NCBI GenBank assembly: GCA_944384535.1 | Contig: CALWTS010000004.1 | Coordinates: forward strand, 33,941 to 97,940 | Reading direction: 5' to 3' | DNA: 64,000 bases | DNA from: an uncultured Clostridia bacterium | GTDB taxonomy: Bacteria; Bacillota; Clostridia; Christensenellales; UBA1242 | Part shown: positions 55,984 to 64,000 of the stretch, piece by piece | How the letters are laid out: the number at the start of each line of letters is the position of its first letter | How positions within the stretch are numbered: the first letter of the stretch is position 1 | The notes under the pieces: generated by a model | The model's database searches: none | The model's input: only the letters and a program-made list of their open reading frames with translations | What the model was told of the DNA's origin: nothing | Made by a program: the position numbers and the translations under genes

Positions 55984-57063
55984 TTAATTATTTAAAACAA
56001 TATAACCACCTGGCAACTTACATATTATTCCACGAATTTCTAAAGTTGTCAAACAACTATTGAATATATTTATATTTAAATCACAATTTTTTGTTAAAAA
56101 ATCAAGATCTTTCATTCCATCTTCTAATAAATTTACAATTTTCTGTTCATCTAAAGAGAGTTGAAAAAATATTTGATTTTTAACCTTTTCTTCTTCAATG
56201 TTATAGTCTCTCAATATATCTTCTGCACAAGTTATACAACTAGCTTGACCAGATTTTATAATATCATTAGTAAGAAAAGAAGTTTCGTTATAAATATTGC
56301 CTGGAACAGAATAAATATTTTTACCATATTCTAAAGCAAAATCTTTTGTGTGAATTGTTCCACTTTTGAAATTAGCCTCGGTAATTAGCACTCCATCTCC
56401 CAAACCTGCAATAATTCTATTTCTTTGCGGAAAAGTGTATCTGGTTGCTAATTTATTAGGAATATATTCACTTATAATCAATCCTTTATTTTCAATTTCT
56501 TTTGCTAAAGACATATGTTCATTAGGATATATCTCGTTCAGCCCAGAACCTAAAACCGCAATAGTTTTTCCTCCATTTTCTAAACAAGTTTTATGTGCAA
56601 TACTATCAATGCCATACGCCAAGCCACTAATAATAGTAATATTTTTTTTTGAAACAGCTTCGACTAATTTTTTGGTTACTATTCTTCCATAATTTGATGG
56701 TTTTCTAGTACCAACAACAGACAAAGATTGAGAATTAAATAAATCTAAATTTCCTTTACAAAATAGAAAAAATGGATTATTAGGTAAATTTTTTAGTTTT
56801 TTTGGGTACAAATCATCATCTTGTGTAACAAGTTTAATCTCTTGATTTTCCAAATTAAGTAAATAATTTTTAATATTTATGTCACTTGATTTACTTTTCA
56901 TAAATTCAAATATGTCAGATGAAATAATACCTTCATCAAATTTGGTTTTACAAAATCTCTTAATTGAAACATCTCCGTTTAAATTCTCAATAATTTGATT
57001 TATTTTATTATAAGTTAAATCAAATTGAGAAACAAAAATCAAAAATTTTTGAAATTCTGTCAT
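55984..57063 (-). CDS. dprA: DNA-processing protein DprA
   Basis: Rossmann-like core VVGTRKPS.YG...ISGLAYGIDSIAH...GSGL. C-terminal winged-helix-like extension. Confidence 0.9.
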   Translation of the reverse strand: MTEFQKFLIFVSQFDLTYNKINQIIENLNGDVSIKRFCKTKFDEGIISSDIFEFMKSKSSDINIKNYLLNLENQEIKLVTQDDDLYPKKLKNLPNNPFFLFCKGNLDLFNSQSLSVVGTRKPSNYGRIVTKKLVEAVSKKNITIISGLAYGIDSIAHKTCLENGGKTIAVLGSGLNEIYPNEHMSLAKEIENKGLIISEYIPNKLATRYTFPQRNRIIAGLGDGVLITEANFKSGTIHTKDFALEYGKNIYSVPGNIYNETSFLTNDIIKSGQASCITCAEDILRDYNIEEEKVKNQIFFQLSLDEQKIVNLLEDGMKDLDFLTKNCDLNINIFNSCLTTLEIRGIICKLPGGYIVLNN

Positions 57064-57144
57064 CTATAATCCTTTTAAATTAAATCTAATTATTGATTTT
57101 AAATTATTTTTTCATATTTTCAAAACAAAATTGTATAAATATTA

Positions 57145-58680
57145 TTAATTCCAATATTTTCTATCTAAATTTCTATATGAAATAGCTTCTGCCAAATGAA
57201 CAGGAGAAATATTTTCACTGCCATCTAAATCAGCAATTGTTCTTGCGACTCTTAAAATTCGATCATGTGCTCTTGCACTTAATTTTAATTTTTCAAAAGC
57301 ATTTTTTAACAAATCATCTCCTTGTTGGTCGAGTTGACAATATTTTTTTATTTGTTCAACATTCATTTTAGCATTACAAAAATTAATATCTTTACTAAAC
57401 CTTATATTTTGAATATTTCTAGCTTTATTAACTCTCTCTTTTATACTTTTTGAACTTTCCTCTTTATCATCACTCTTAAGTTGTTCATATGTAACATTAT
57501 CAACCTCTATATGAATATCAATTCTATCCATAATAGGTCCTGATAATTTAGAAAGATATTTAGATATTTGACCAGCTGTACATCTACATTCTCTATCCTT
57601 TGAACCATAATTACCACAAGGACAAGGATTCATACTTGCAATTAACGTAAAATTTGCAGGATATGTTATTGTAGAATTAGCCCTAGCTATAGTTATTTGT
57701 CCATCTTCAAGAGGTTGACGTAATGTTTCTATCGTATGTCTATCATATTCAGGAAATTCATCTAAAAATAAAACACCATTATCCGCTAAAGATATTTCTC
57801 CTGGTTTCGAATACAACCCGCCACCTGTTAAAGAAATAGTACTTGCTGTATGATGCGGACTACGAAAAGGTCTTTTGTAAATAATTCCATCTTTTAAATC
57901 CAACTCTCCTGCAATAGAATGAATTTTAGTAACTTCTAATGCTTCCTCAAACGTTAAATCAGGTAAAATTGTAGGAAAACATTTTGCCAGCATACTTTTC
58001 CCACTTCCAGGAGGTCCTATCATAATAAGATTATGTCCTCCAGCCGCAGCAATTTCTAATGCTCTTTTTGCAACAGATTGACCCTTAACATTCGCAAAAT
58101 CCAATCCATCAATTTTGTTTTCTTTTACAACTTCAGTAAAAATACAATGAGTGATTGGGTTAATTAAAATTTCACCACTTAAAAATTTTATCGTTTCTAT
58201 TAAATTTTTTACAGGATAAACGTTTATGTCACTTATAAATCTAGCTTCGCTTTGATTGTCGTAAGGAATTATAAAATTACGATATCCCAGTTGTCTTGCA
58301 GAAATTAATAAAGGTAAAACTCCTTTAACTTTTCTAACACTACCATCAAAAGATAATTCTCCTAAAAATATAAAGTTTTTTTCATTCTTTATTTTAGATT
58401 CTTTATTACAAGAAAGAATTGATACTGCCATTGCCAAATCATATAACGCTCCCTCTTTTTTCACATCTGCGGGTGCTAAATTGATCGTAATTCTTTTAGT
58501 GGGATATTCTAAGGCACTATTTTTAATAGCGGATCTCACCCTTTCTTTAGCTTCTTTAATTGCTGTATCAGCAAGCCCAACAACTTCAAAATGTGGTAAG
58601 CCATTACTTACATCAGTTTCAACATCAACCTTATATCCATCAATTCCTTTCAACCCTAAACTTAATACTTTTGACAACAT
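57145..58680 (-). CDS. comM: YifB/ComM family Mg-chelatase-like AAA+ ATPase
   Basis: Lon-like N-domain, Walker A GPPGSGKS, Walker B VLFLDEF, Cys cluster CPCGNYGSKDRECRC. Confidence 0.9.
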   Translation of the reverse strand: MLSKVLSLGLKGIDGYKVDVETDVSNGLPHFEVVGLADTAIKEAKERVRSAIKNSALEYPTKRITINLAPADVKKEGALYDLAMAVSILSCNKESKIKNEKNFIFLGELSFDGSVRKVKGVLPLLISARQLGYRNFIIPYDNQSEARFISDINVYPVKNLIETIKFLSGEILINPITHCIFTEVVKENKIDGLDFANVKGQSVAKRALEIAAAGGHNLIMIGPPGSGKSMLAKCFPTILPDLTFEEALEVTKIHSIAGELDLKDGIIYKRPFRSPHHTASTISLTGGGLYSKPGEISLADNGVLFLDEFPEYDRHTIETLRQPLEDGQITIARANSTITYPANFTLIASMNPCPCGNYGSKDRECRCTAGQISKYLSKLSGPIMDRIDIHIEVDNVTYEQLKSDDKEESSKSIKERVNKARNIQNIRFSKDINFCNAKMNVEQIKKYCQLDQQGDDLLKNAFEKLKLSARAHDRILRVARTIADLDGSENISPVHLAEAISYRNLDRKYWN

Positions 58681-58685
58681 ACAAA

Positions 58686-59366
58686 CTACTTTCCTTTTAC
58701 AAAATTTAATTTATATTCTATTAACATTTCTTTTTGTTTTTGTGAAATTCTAAATGATTGTAACAATTTTTGTAAAGTCATTTTCAAAATAAACTTATCT
58801 TTAATAAAATTTAAAAAATTATACATATAATCAAAATCATATAAAAAAGCTTCTGCATAGCACCAACTTATTGCCATTCTAACATAGTAAAAATCGGTTT
58901 TAATATTGTTAAGTGTATTAACCACATCTTTGAAATTAGACTTTAAATCATTTTTCATAAGCCAAACAATTCCAACCCTTTGATAAAAATCATTATCACT
59001 ATTCAATAGACTTTTAAAATAATCCTTCTTATCATCTAAATTTTTTAGTCGAACAACAATTATATCACAGCTGGCCCAATTATCTATAAAATTTAACAAA
59101 TACTCCAAATCTTTTATTTTTTTATCTAAATTATCTTTATCAAAAGCTAAAATCATACCTGCCAACAAAATACTTTCATGATACTCTATAGGTATATCCT
59201 GTACCTTTATTTGATTTTTAATTAAAAATCTTGCAAACTTTTCAATTTCAGAAATTTTTATTCCTAAAATAGGAAATCTTGTTGAAATTAGTTTTTTATC
59301 AAACTCTGCTCTTTTAGTATTTTTGTGATTATCTAGCCACATTGAAACCATATTTGTTTTATCCAT
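58686..59366 (-). CDS. DNA alkylation repair (AlkD-like HEAT-repeat) protein
   Basis: 226 aa, helical-repeat composition. The NWASCD and VGIVWL motifs resemble the AlkD/AlkC-like family. Called by eye. Confidence 0.6.
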   Translation of the reverse strand: MDKTNMVSMWLDNHKNTKRAEFDKKLISTRFPILGIKISEIEKFARFLIKNQIKVQDIPIEYHESILLAGMILAFDKDNLDKKIKDLEYLLNFIDNWASCDIIVVRLKNLDDKKDYFKSLLNSDNDFYQRVGIVWLMKNDLKSNFKDVVNTLNNIKTDFYYVRMAISWCYAEAFLYDFDYMYNFLNFIKDKFILKMTLQKLLQSFRISQKQKEMLIEYKLNFVKGK

Positions 59367-59431
59367 AATTCTTACCTTTTATTTTTTAATAATATTAAAA
59401 AATTCTAATATGTGTCAAATGTTTTAAATAA

Positions 59432-59461
59432 TAAAAAATAAAACATCAAAGTTGATGTTTT
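59432..59461 (-). terminator. rho-independent terminator after rplS
   Basis: Minus strand: AAAACATCAA-ct-TTGATGTTTT followed by ATTTTTT. Confidence 0.75.
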
Positions 59462-59810
59462 ATTTATTTTCAGCAGATTTAATTTTTGCAGCCTTTCCAG
59501 TAAGATTTCTTACATAGTATAATTTTGCTCTTCTAGGTTTAGCTTTTCTTACAACTTCTACACTTACAACAAGTGGTGAATGAATAGGAAAAGTTCTTTC
59601 AACACCAACACCATTAGAAATTTTTCTTACAGTGAAAGTTTCTCTAATACCTCCGTTTTTACGAGCAATAACTACACCTTCAAAGACCTGAATTCTAGAC
59701 TTGTCACCTTCCTTAATTTTAACGCCAACCTTAACAGTATCGCCAATATTAAATTCAGGAAGAGTTTCTTTCATGTTTTCTTTCTCAATTTGGTCTATAA
59801 TGTTAGCCAT
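59460..59810 (-). CDS. rplS: 50S ribosomal protein L19
   Basis: [57 protein letters not shown] is typical L19. Confidence 0.95.
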   Translation of the reverse strand: MANIIDQIEKENMKETLPEFNIGDTVKVGVKIKEGDKSRIQVFEGVVIARKNGGIRETFTVRKISNGVGVERTFPIHSPLVVSVEVVRKAKPRRAKLYYVRNLTGKAAKIKSAENK

Positions 59811-59865
59811 TGTAATTCTCCTTTTAATATATTTGTAGTGCTATGCAGCACAAGTGTAGAGATGA

Positions 59866-60060
59866 TTAACCTCTTTTTCTTGCTCTTTTACGAGCAGCTT
59901 CTCTTTTCTTTTTTTTAGCAACACTAGGTTTATCATAAGCTTCTTTTTTTCTAATATCGCCAATGATACCGTCTTTTTGGCATTTTCTCTTAAATCTTTT
60001 AAGAGCGCTTTCAAGAGTTTCGTTTTCGCCTACTTTAACAGTTGTCAATCTTCTCACCAC
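59866..60060 (-). CDS. rpsU: 30S ribosomal protein S21
   Basis: [25 protein letters not shown]...[12 protein letters not shown]. Start ambiguous: GTG at 60060 or TTG at 60048 after GGTGGTGAG. Confidence 0.9.
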   Translation of the reverse strand: MVRRLTTVKVGENETLESALKRFKRKCQKDGIIGDIRKKEAYDKPSVAKKKKREAARKRARKRG

Positions 60061-60135
60061 CTTCTAATTTTTAAAGTCTTTAATAATATATCATAACTTT
60101 GATAATATTGTCAAGTAAATCAAAAAACTTTAAAA

Positions 60136-61407
60136 TTAAATATTAACTTTTGCTAAAGCACCATCTTTGAATGGCTCTATAATTGAAACATTTACAACTG
60201 TCCCAATAAGATTATCATCACCTTTTATATAACATTTTATATAATTTTTTGTATATCCAACTAAAAAATCTTGATTTTTTTCTTCAATTAAAACGCAACC
60301 TTCTTTGTTTTTTAAAATAAATTCTTTTTTTAATTTTTTATTTAAATCATCTAAAACTAAAAACCTTCTTTGTTTTACTACTGGATCTAAATCTTTATAA
60401 ATCTTTGATGCAATGGTTCCTTCTCTAGATGAATATTGAAAAATATGAAGTTGACTAAACTTAACATTTTCTACAAAATGAAGAGTTTGTAAAAATTCCT
60501 CATCACTTTCCTCCGGAAATCCAACAATCACATCTGTTGTTATTCCTGCCAATGGAAAATATTTCCTAATTAAATTAATAGAATTACTAAATTGCTCTGA
60601 ATTGTAATGACGATTCATTCTTTTTAAAACACTCGAACTTCCACTTTGTAATGACAAATGAAAATGAGGACAAAAATTTTTAAGTGTTGATAATTTTTTA
60701 ATAAATGATTCTTCAACTATGCTTTCTTCCATTGAACTTAATCTAATTCTTTTATTAAATTTATCTAACTTTTCAAGAAGAGTCTCAAGTCCCGGTTTGT
60801 TGTCAATTTTATAGTCTGTAACATTAATACCTGTAATTACTATTTCTTGTATTCCTTTATCAAGTTTTTCAACTTCGTTAATTATTTCATTTAAAACTCT
60901 TGATCTGCTTCTTCCCCTTAAATATGGAATAATACAATATGAACAAAAATTATTACATCCATCTTGAATTTTTATATAAGCTCTTATTCTTGTTTGTTTG
61001 GCAATCATATTATTTTCATAAACATCAGGTAGATTGAAAATTTTTTCATTTTCTGCACATAAAGTTATAGAATTTTTAAGTTCATCTATTACATCAATAA
61101 TTTTCATCTTATAAGCAACACCTGTAATATAATCAACGTTTTTTTCTCTAAATTGTTGTTGATTCTTTTGTGATGCACATCCACAAATAATTATTTTAGA
61201 ATTTTTGTTATATTTTCGGCATCGAGCAATCATTTGTCTTGATTTTTTTTCAGCTTCTCCAGTAACAGCACAAGTATTAATAACATAAATATCTGCTACC
61301 TCTAAAACATCGGTAACTTCATATCCCTTTAATAATAACTCGTAAACTAATGAATCGCTTTCATATTTATTGACTTTACACCCCAAAGTCATAACACATA
61401 TTTTCAT
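60136..61407 (-). CDS. mtaB: tRNA methylthiotransferase, MtaB-like (radical SAM MTTase)
   Basis: N-terminal MTTase Cys triad (GCKVNKYES...NTCAVT...GC), radical-SAM CNNFCSYC, C-terminal TRAM-like end. The neighbourhood with rpsU matches Bacillus yqeV. Confidence 0.8.
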   Translation of the reverse strand: MKICVMTLGCKVNKYESDSLVYELLLKGYEVTDVLEVADIYVINTCAVTGEAEKKSRQMIARCRKYNKNSKIIICGCASQKNQQQFREKNVDYITGVAYKMKIIDVIDELKNSITLCAENEKIFNLPDVYENNMIAKQTRIRAYIKIQDGCNNFCSYCIIPYLRGRSRSRVLNEIINEVEKLDKGIQEIVITGINVTDYKIDNKPGLETLLEKLDKFNKRIRLSSMEESIVEESFIKKLSTLKNFCPHFHLSLQSGSSSVLKRMNRHYNSEQFSNSINLIRKYFPLAGITTDVIVGFPEESDEEFLQTLHFVENVKFSQLHIFQYSSREGTIASKIYKDLDPVVKQRRFLVLDDLNKKLKKEFILKNKEGCVLIEEKNQDFLVGYTKNYIKCYIKGDDNLIGTVVNVSIIEPFKDGALAKVNI

Positions 61408-61555
61408 GAAATAATATTAACAAAAATTTTACAAAAAAGCAATTGTAACTTTAAATTTATTAATTATTATATAACTATATAATTAAAACAATTATTGACA
61501 ATTTACATTAAACATAGTATTATAGTTGTGTTGAAAAAATAAAAGGAAATAAGTC

Positions 61556-62722
61556 ATGTCAAAAAATAGTAGCGGTAGAAATTTAATAAAAAGAAAACCA
61601 ATAGCAAAAATGCATCCTTTTTGCAATGATTTTATTTCAAAAGAAAAATTTAAATTTGTTTCGACAAAAAAAGATACTCAAAAACAGGATAAAAATAAAA
61701 GCAAGTACAAGAAATCATCAACTTTTAAAAATAGAATGCAACAATCGCTTCTAAAATCAAATAAAAAATTCAAATTAACAAAACCCAAGATTGCTCTCAT
61801 TGTTATAGGAACTATTGTATTAGCAATTGCATTATCTTTCTTAATTAATAATCTATTGGCATACTACAAAAACAAAAATCAGGGAAAACAAGAAAATTTT
61901 TCTACTGAAAACATAATAGAAAATAATAATAACGATCTTATTATAGATGATGCCGGACAGATTATTGTCGATCCAATTACTGATGAAGAAATTTTACATT
62001 TAATTGAAAATTTAAATATTAAAATATTACAAGATGCAAATAAAAGAGTTCCTGTTAAAATTGAAGATATTAAAAATATACATTTAATATCGCAACTTCC
62101 TTCAAATGATTGTATAGGTCTTGATGAAAATAATCCAGAAAATTTATATGATAAATATATGATCACACTTCTTTTCTCTGATAATAAAAATACTTATCAA
62201 TTATCATATTTTACAGGAAAAGAATTTGATTTCGATGAAAATTCAATAGACAAAAACACATTAAGTGATTTTATAGTTTATCTTTGTAAGGAATGTGCTT
62301 TAGATTCTTGTCAAATATTATCTTCAAATGAAAGTCAATTACCAGTTGAATCCCAAGAACAAAATATACAAACCAAAATTTTAAATGCTTTAGGTGTAAA
62401 TGGTGCGATTGGCGAATATTATTATTCATATAATCAAATTGGAGAATTACAATATAATATACCAATATACGTTAAATCATCAGATGAAATTGAAGTTTTA
62501 TTGTATAGTTGTTTAGCAAAATATATAGATAATTATGAATTAGATCCATTGCAAACTTTTTATGATCAATTAGTAAATAATCCTCTCCCTGAATTACCAG
62601 CAGGTCAAGAATCTTATTTCGAAATGGTAAATATTGTAAAAAATTCTAACCTAGAAACTCTATTGTCAATATATGACGAATTTACCGAAAAAAAAGAAGA
62701 TATAGAAACTGGAAAAGAATAA
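61556..62722 (+). CDS. hypothetical single-pass membrane protein (basic N-terminus, TM, acidic ectodomain)
   Basis: 388-aa ORF. Lys-rich first 75 aa, a TM segment (IALIVIGTIVLAIALSFLINNLL), then an Asp/Glu/Asn-rich domain. Confidence 0.6.
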   Translation: MSKNSSGRNLIKRKPIAKMHPFCNDFISKEKFKFVSTKKDTQKQDKNKSKYKKSSTFKNRMQQSLLKSNKKFKLTKPKIALIVIGTIVLAIALSFLINNLLAYYKNKNQGKQENFSTENIIENNNNDLIIDDAGQIIVDPITDEEILHLIENLNIKILQDANKRVPVKIEDIKNIHLISQLPSNDCIGLDENNPENLYDKYMITLLFSDNKNTYQLSYFTGKEFDFDENSIDKNTLSDFIVYLCKECALDSCQILSSNESQLPVESQEQNIQTKILNALGVNGAIGEYYYSYNQIGELQYNIPIYVKSSDEIEVLLYSCLAKYIDNYELDPLQTFYDQLVNNPLPELPAGQESYFEMVNIVKNSNLETLLSIYDEFTEKKEDIETGKE

Positions 62723-62734
62723 AAAAATCCACGA

Positions 62735-64000
62735 TCAGTGGATTTTTTTATTCTTTTTGTTTTTTATAATTAATCTTGCGATAGCAAATGCTAATAATAT
62801 AATTAGCATACTGATACTTATAAACATACCTATATCAATCCAGTCTTCATTATCAGTAACTATAACAAATTCTCCTAACTTATCTGTAACAATAATTAAT
62901 TTACCATCTTCTTTATAACTAGATACCAATTTATAATCACCTTTATTATCCTGCTGATAAACATAAATATTGTTATAACTATACATATCTTCATCTAAAT
63001 TAATTGAAATAGTTATTGTTGTATCCAAAGAAATGTCTTGACTATCTTTGACTAAATGAACATCATAAACTATTAAAGACTTATGAGATTTTATTTTTAA
63101 ATCGCCGTTATCAATTTCCTTACTATCAAAATTTAATTCATAACCATCATAAAGAACAGCCTGTTCAGGACTAGATAATGTAACTTCACTTTTTGATAAT
63201 TCCCTCTTTGCAATATTAGCATATAATTCTTTAGGTAAAATTAATTCATAATTTTTTGCTTTATCACCAGATAAAGAAATGTCATATATATATACCTTAA
63301 TATTATTACCAACTTGAGATGTTTCAAATCTAGCACTGTTTTCTCTATCGTATTCAATAGAAATATTATTATCTATTATACCTGTCACATAAGGATTTTT
63401 GATATATGCAATGTTTGTTCCATCATATGTTTTATCATATATACTTGTTGTGAGATAAACTTGTTTTGGAGTTATTGTTAAATAAGAATCAACAAGTTTT
63501 ATATTATAATTAACATTTCTTAATGTTGATGTTAATTTATATAATCCCACATCTTCTCCTTGTTCTCTTGTAACATTGCCGTTTAAAGAATCATTGTTAA
63601 TTAACTGTCCCTCAATAATCTCATATGTAAATTTAGGATCAATTTGACCATAAACTTTTTCATAGTTATTACAATTAATAACCAAATCTAATGGTTTTAT
63701 TGTAAAAACACCTCTTATAAAATTAATATTATAATTTTTACCCAAATTTAGACTACTTTGAATTAAATATTCTCCAGCATTATTTCCTGGATTTCTATAA
63801 ATTTCACCATTAAGTTTGTCTTTATCCTCTTTAAGAATATCTCCCTCTATAGTATAAGTAAGTTCAGGTTCAATTTCATCTCCATAATTCATAACTTTAT
63901 CATCAGCAATTATAGTTATTTGTCTTGGTAAAATTTCAAAATAGTATTCGCCAAAAATTACATTATAATTTTCGTGATATAATGAACAATAAATTTTATA
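62735..64000 (-). CDS. MBG/YDG-repeat surface protein, C-terminal part with TM anchor (5' end beyond window)
   Basis: Repeated units ...YGDEIEPELTYTIEGD...GEY.I......NYNI.F..G.FTI.P and KVYGQIDPKFTYEIIEGQL...NYNIKLVDSYLTITP are typical of MBG-type adhesin repeats. The frame stays open upstream of the track Met through to 64000. C-terminal TM (MFISISMLIILLAFAIARLII) plus a KNKKNKK tail; no LPXTG. Confidence 0.7.
   Translation of the reverse strand, partial: YKIYCSLYHENYNVIFGEYYFEILPRQITIIADDKVMNYGDEIEPELTYTIEGDILKEDKDKLNGEIYRNPGNNAGEYLIQSSLNLGKNYNINFIRGVFTIKPLDLVINCNNYEKVYGQIDPKFTYEIIEGQLINNDSLNGNVTREQGEDVGLYKLTSTLRNVNYNIKLVDSYLTITPKQVYLTTSIYDKTYDGTNIAYIKNPYVTGIIDNNISIEYDRENSARFETSQVGNNIKVYIYDISLSGDKAKNYELILPKELYANIAKRELSKSEVTLSSPEQAVLYDGYELNFDSKEIDNGDLKIKSHKSLIVYDVHLVKDSQDISLDTTITISINLDEDMYSYNNIYVYQQDNKGDYKLVSSYKEDGKLIIVTDKLGEFVIVTDNEDWIDIGMFISISMLIILLAFAIARLIIKNKKNKKIH

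Noticed and set aside
59811-59865. Short hairpin GTGCT-atgc-AGCAC between rpsU and rplS, considered as an L19 or S21 autoregulatory leader
   Set aside because: It has only a 5-bp stem, and I recognise no conserved leader motif. The evidence is insufficient.
1-64000. Alternative genetic code (TGA = Trp), considered because of the Mollicutes-like AT-richness
   Set aside because: Long conserved genes (ileS, topA, rnr, glmS) are intact under the standard code with Trp as TGG. TGA also serves as a stop, for example in the ATGA overlap at 18499-18502.
1-64000. CRISPR arrays, IS elements, prophage remnants
   Set aside because: I noticed no regularly spaced direct repeats, no transposase or integrase-like ORFs, and no terminal inverted repeats. 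The only repeats are intragenic (collagen-like and poly-Glu tracts).

Overview
This is an AT-rich, tightly packed bacterial chromosome segment with Bacillota (Firmicutes) hallmarks. These include two T-box leaders (tyrS, ileS), dnaB(DnaD-like)-dnaI, secG-rnr-smpB-ssrA, topA-trmFO-like-hslVU, acpS next to mazEF, and a long Bacillus-type SRP RNA. It uses the standard genetic code; TGA acts as a stop. Most of the window is housekeeping: tyrS, ileS, ung, glmS/glmM, topA, dprA, comM, rplS, rpsU, mtaB, trxA, nifS, pepF, an ABC exporter, tRNA-Trp, tRNA-Gly, tmRNA and SRP RNA. I saw no transposase, integrase, prophage or CRISPR array.

The most interesting signal is a pair of paralogous, self-contained cassettes at 18119-20081 and 35431-37319, both on the minus strand. 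Each has its own promoter and terminator. Each encodes a large protein that I cannot place in any family, followed by one or two small, mutually related proteins. The two large proteins share a conserved core: DPxK, R[FY]D, HxN, PHFHFxN and G[LM]PFL[DE]YK.

Other accessory-looking items:
- A signal-peptide-less operon of DUF11-repeat proteins that ends in a very Cys-rich mini-protein.
- A collagen-like/beta-helix protein.
- A NifU-like + GGGtGRT gene pair that is compositionally distinct.
- A MazF toxin with a non-canonical upstream partner.
- A HEPN-like/CBS fusion.
- A cysteine-less IscU-like scaffold.
- A degenerate TrmFO-like gene.
- A stand-alone GlmU acetyltransferase half.
- One multi-lesion pseudogene.

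All family calls come from motif recognition by eye. No searches were run.
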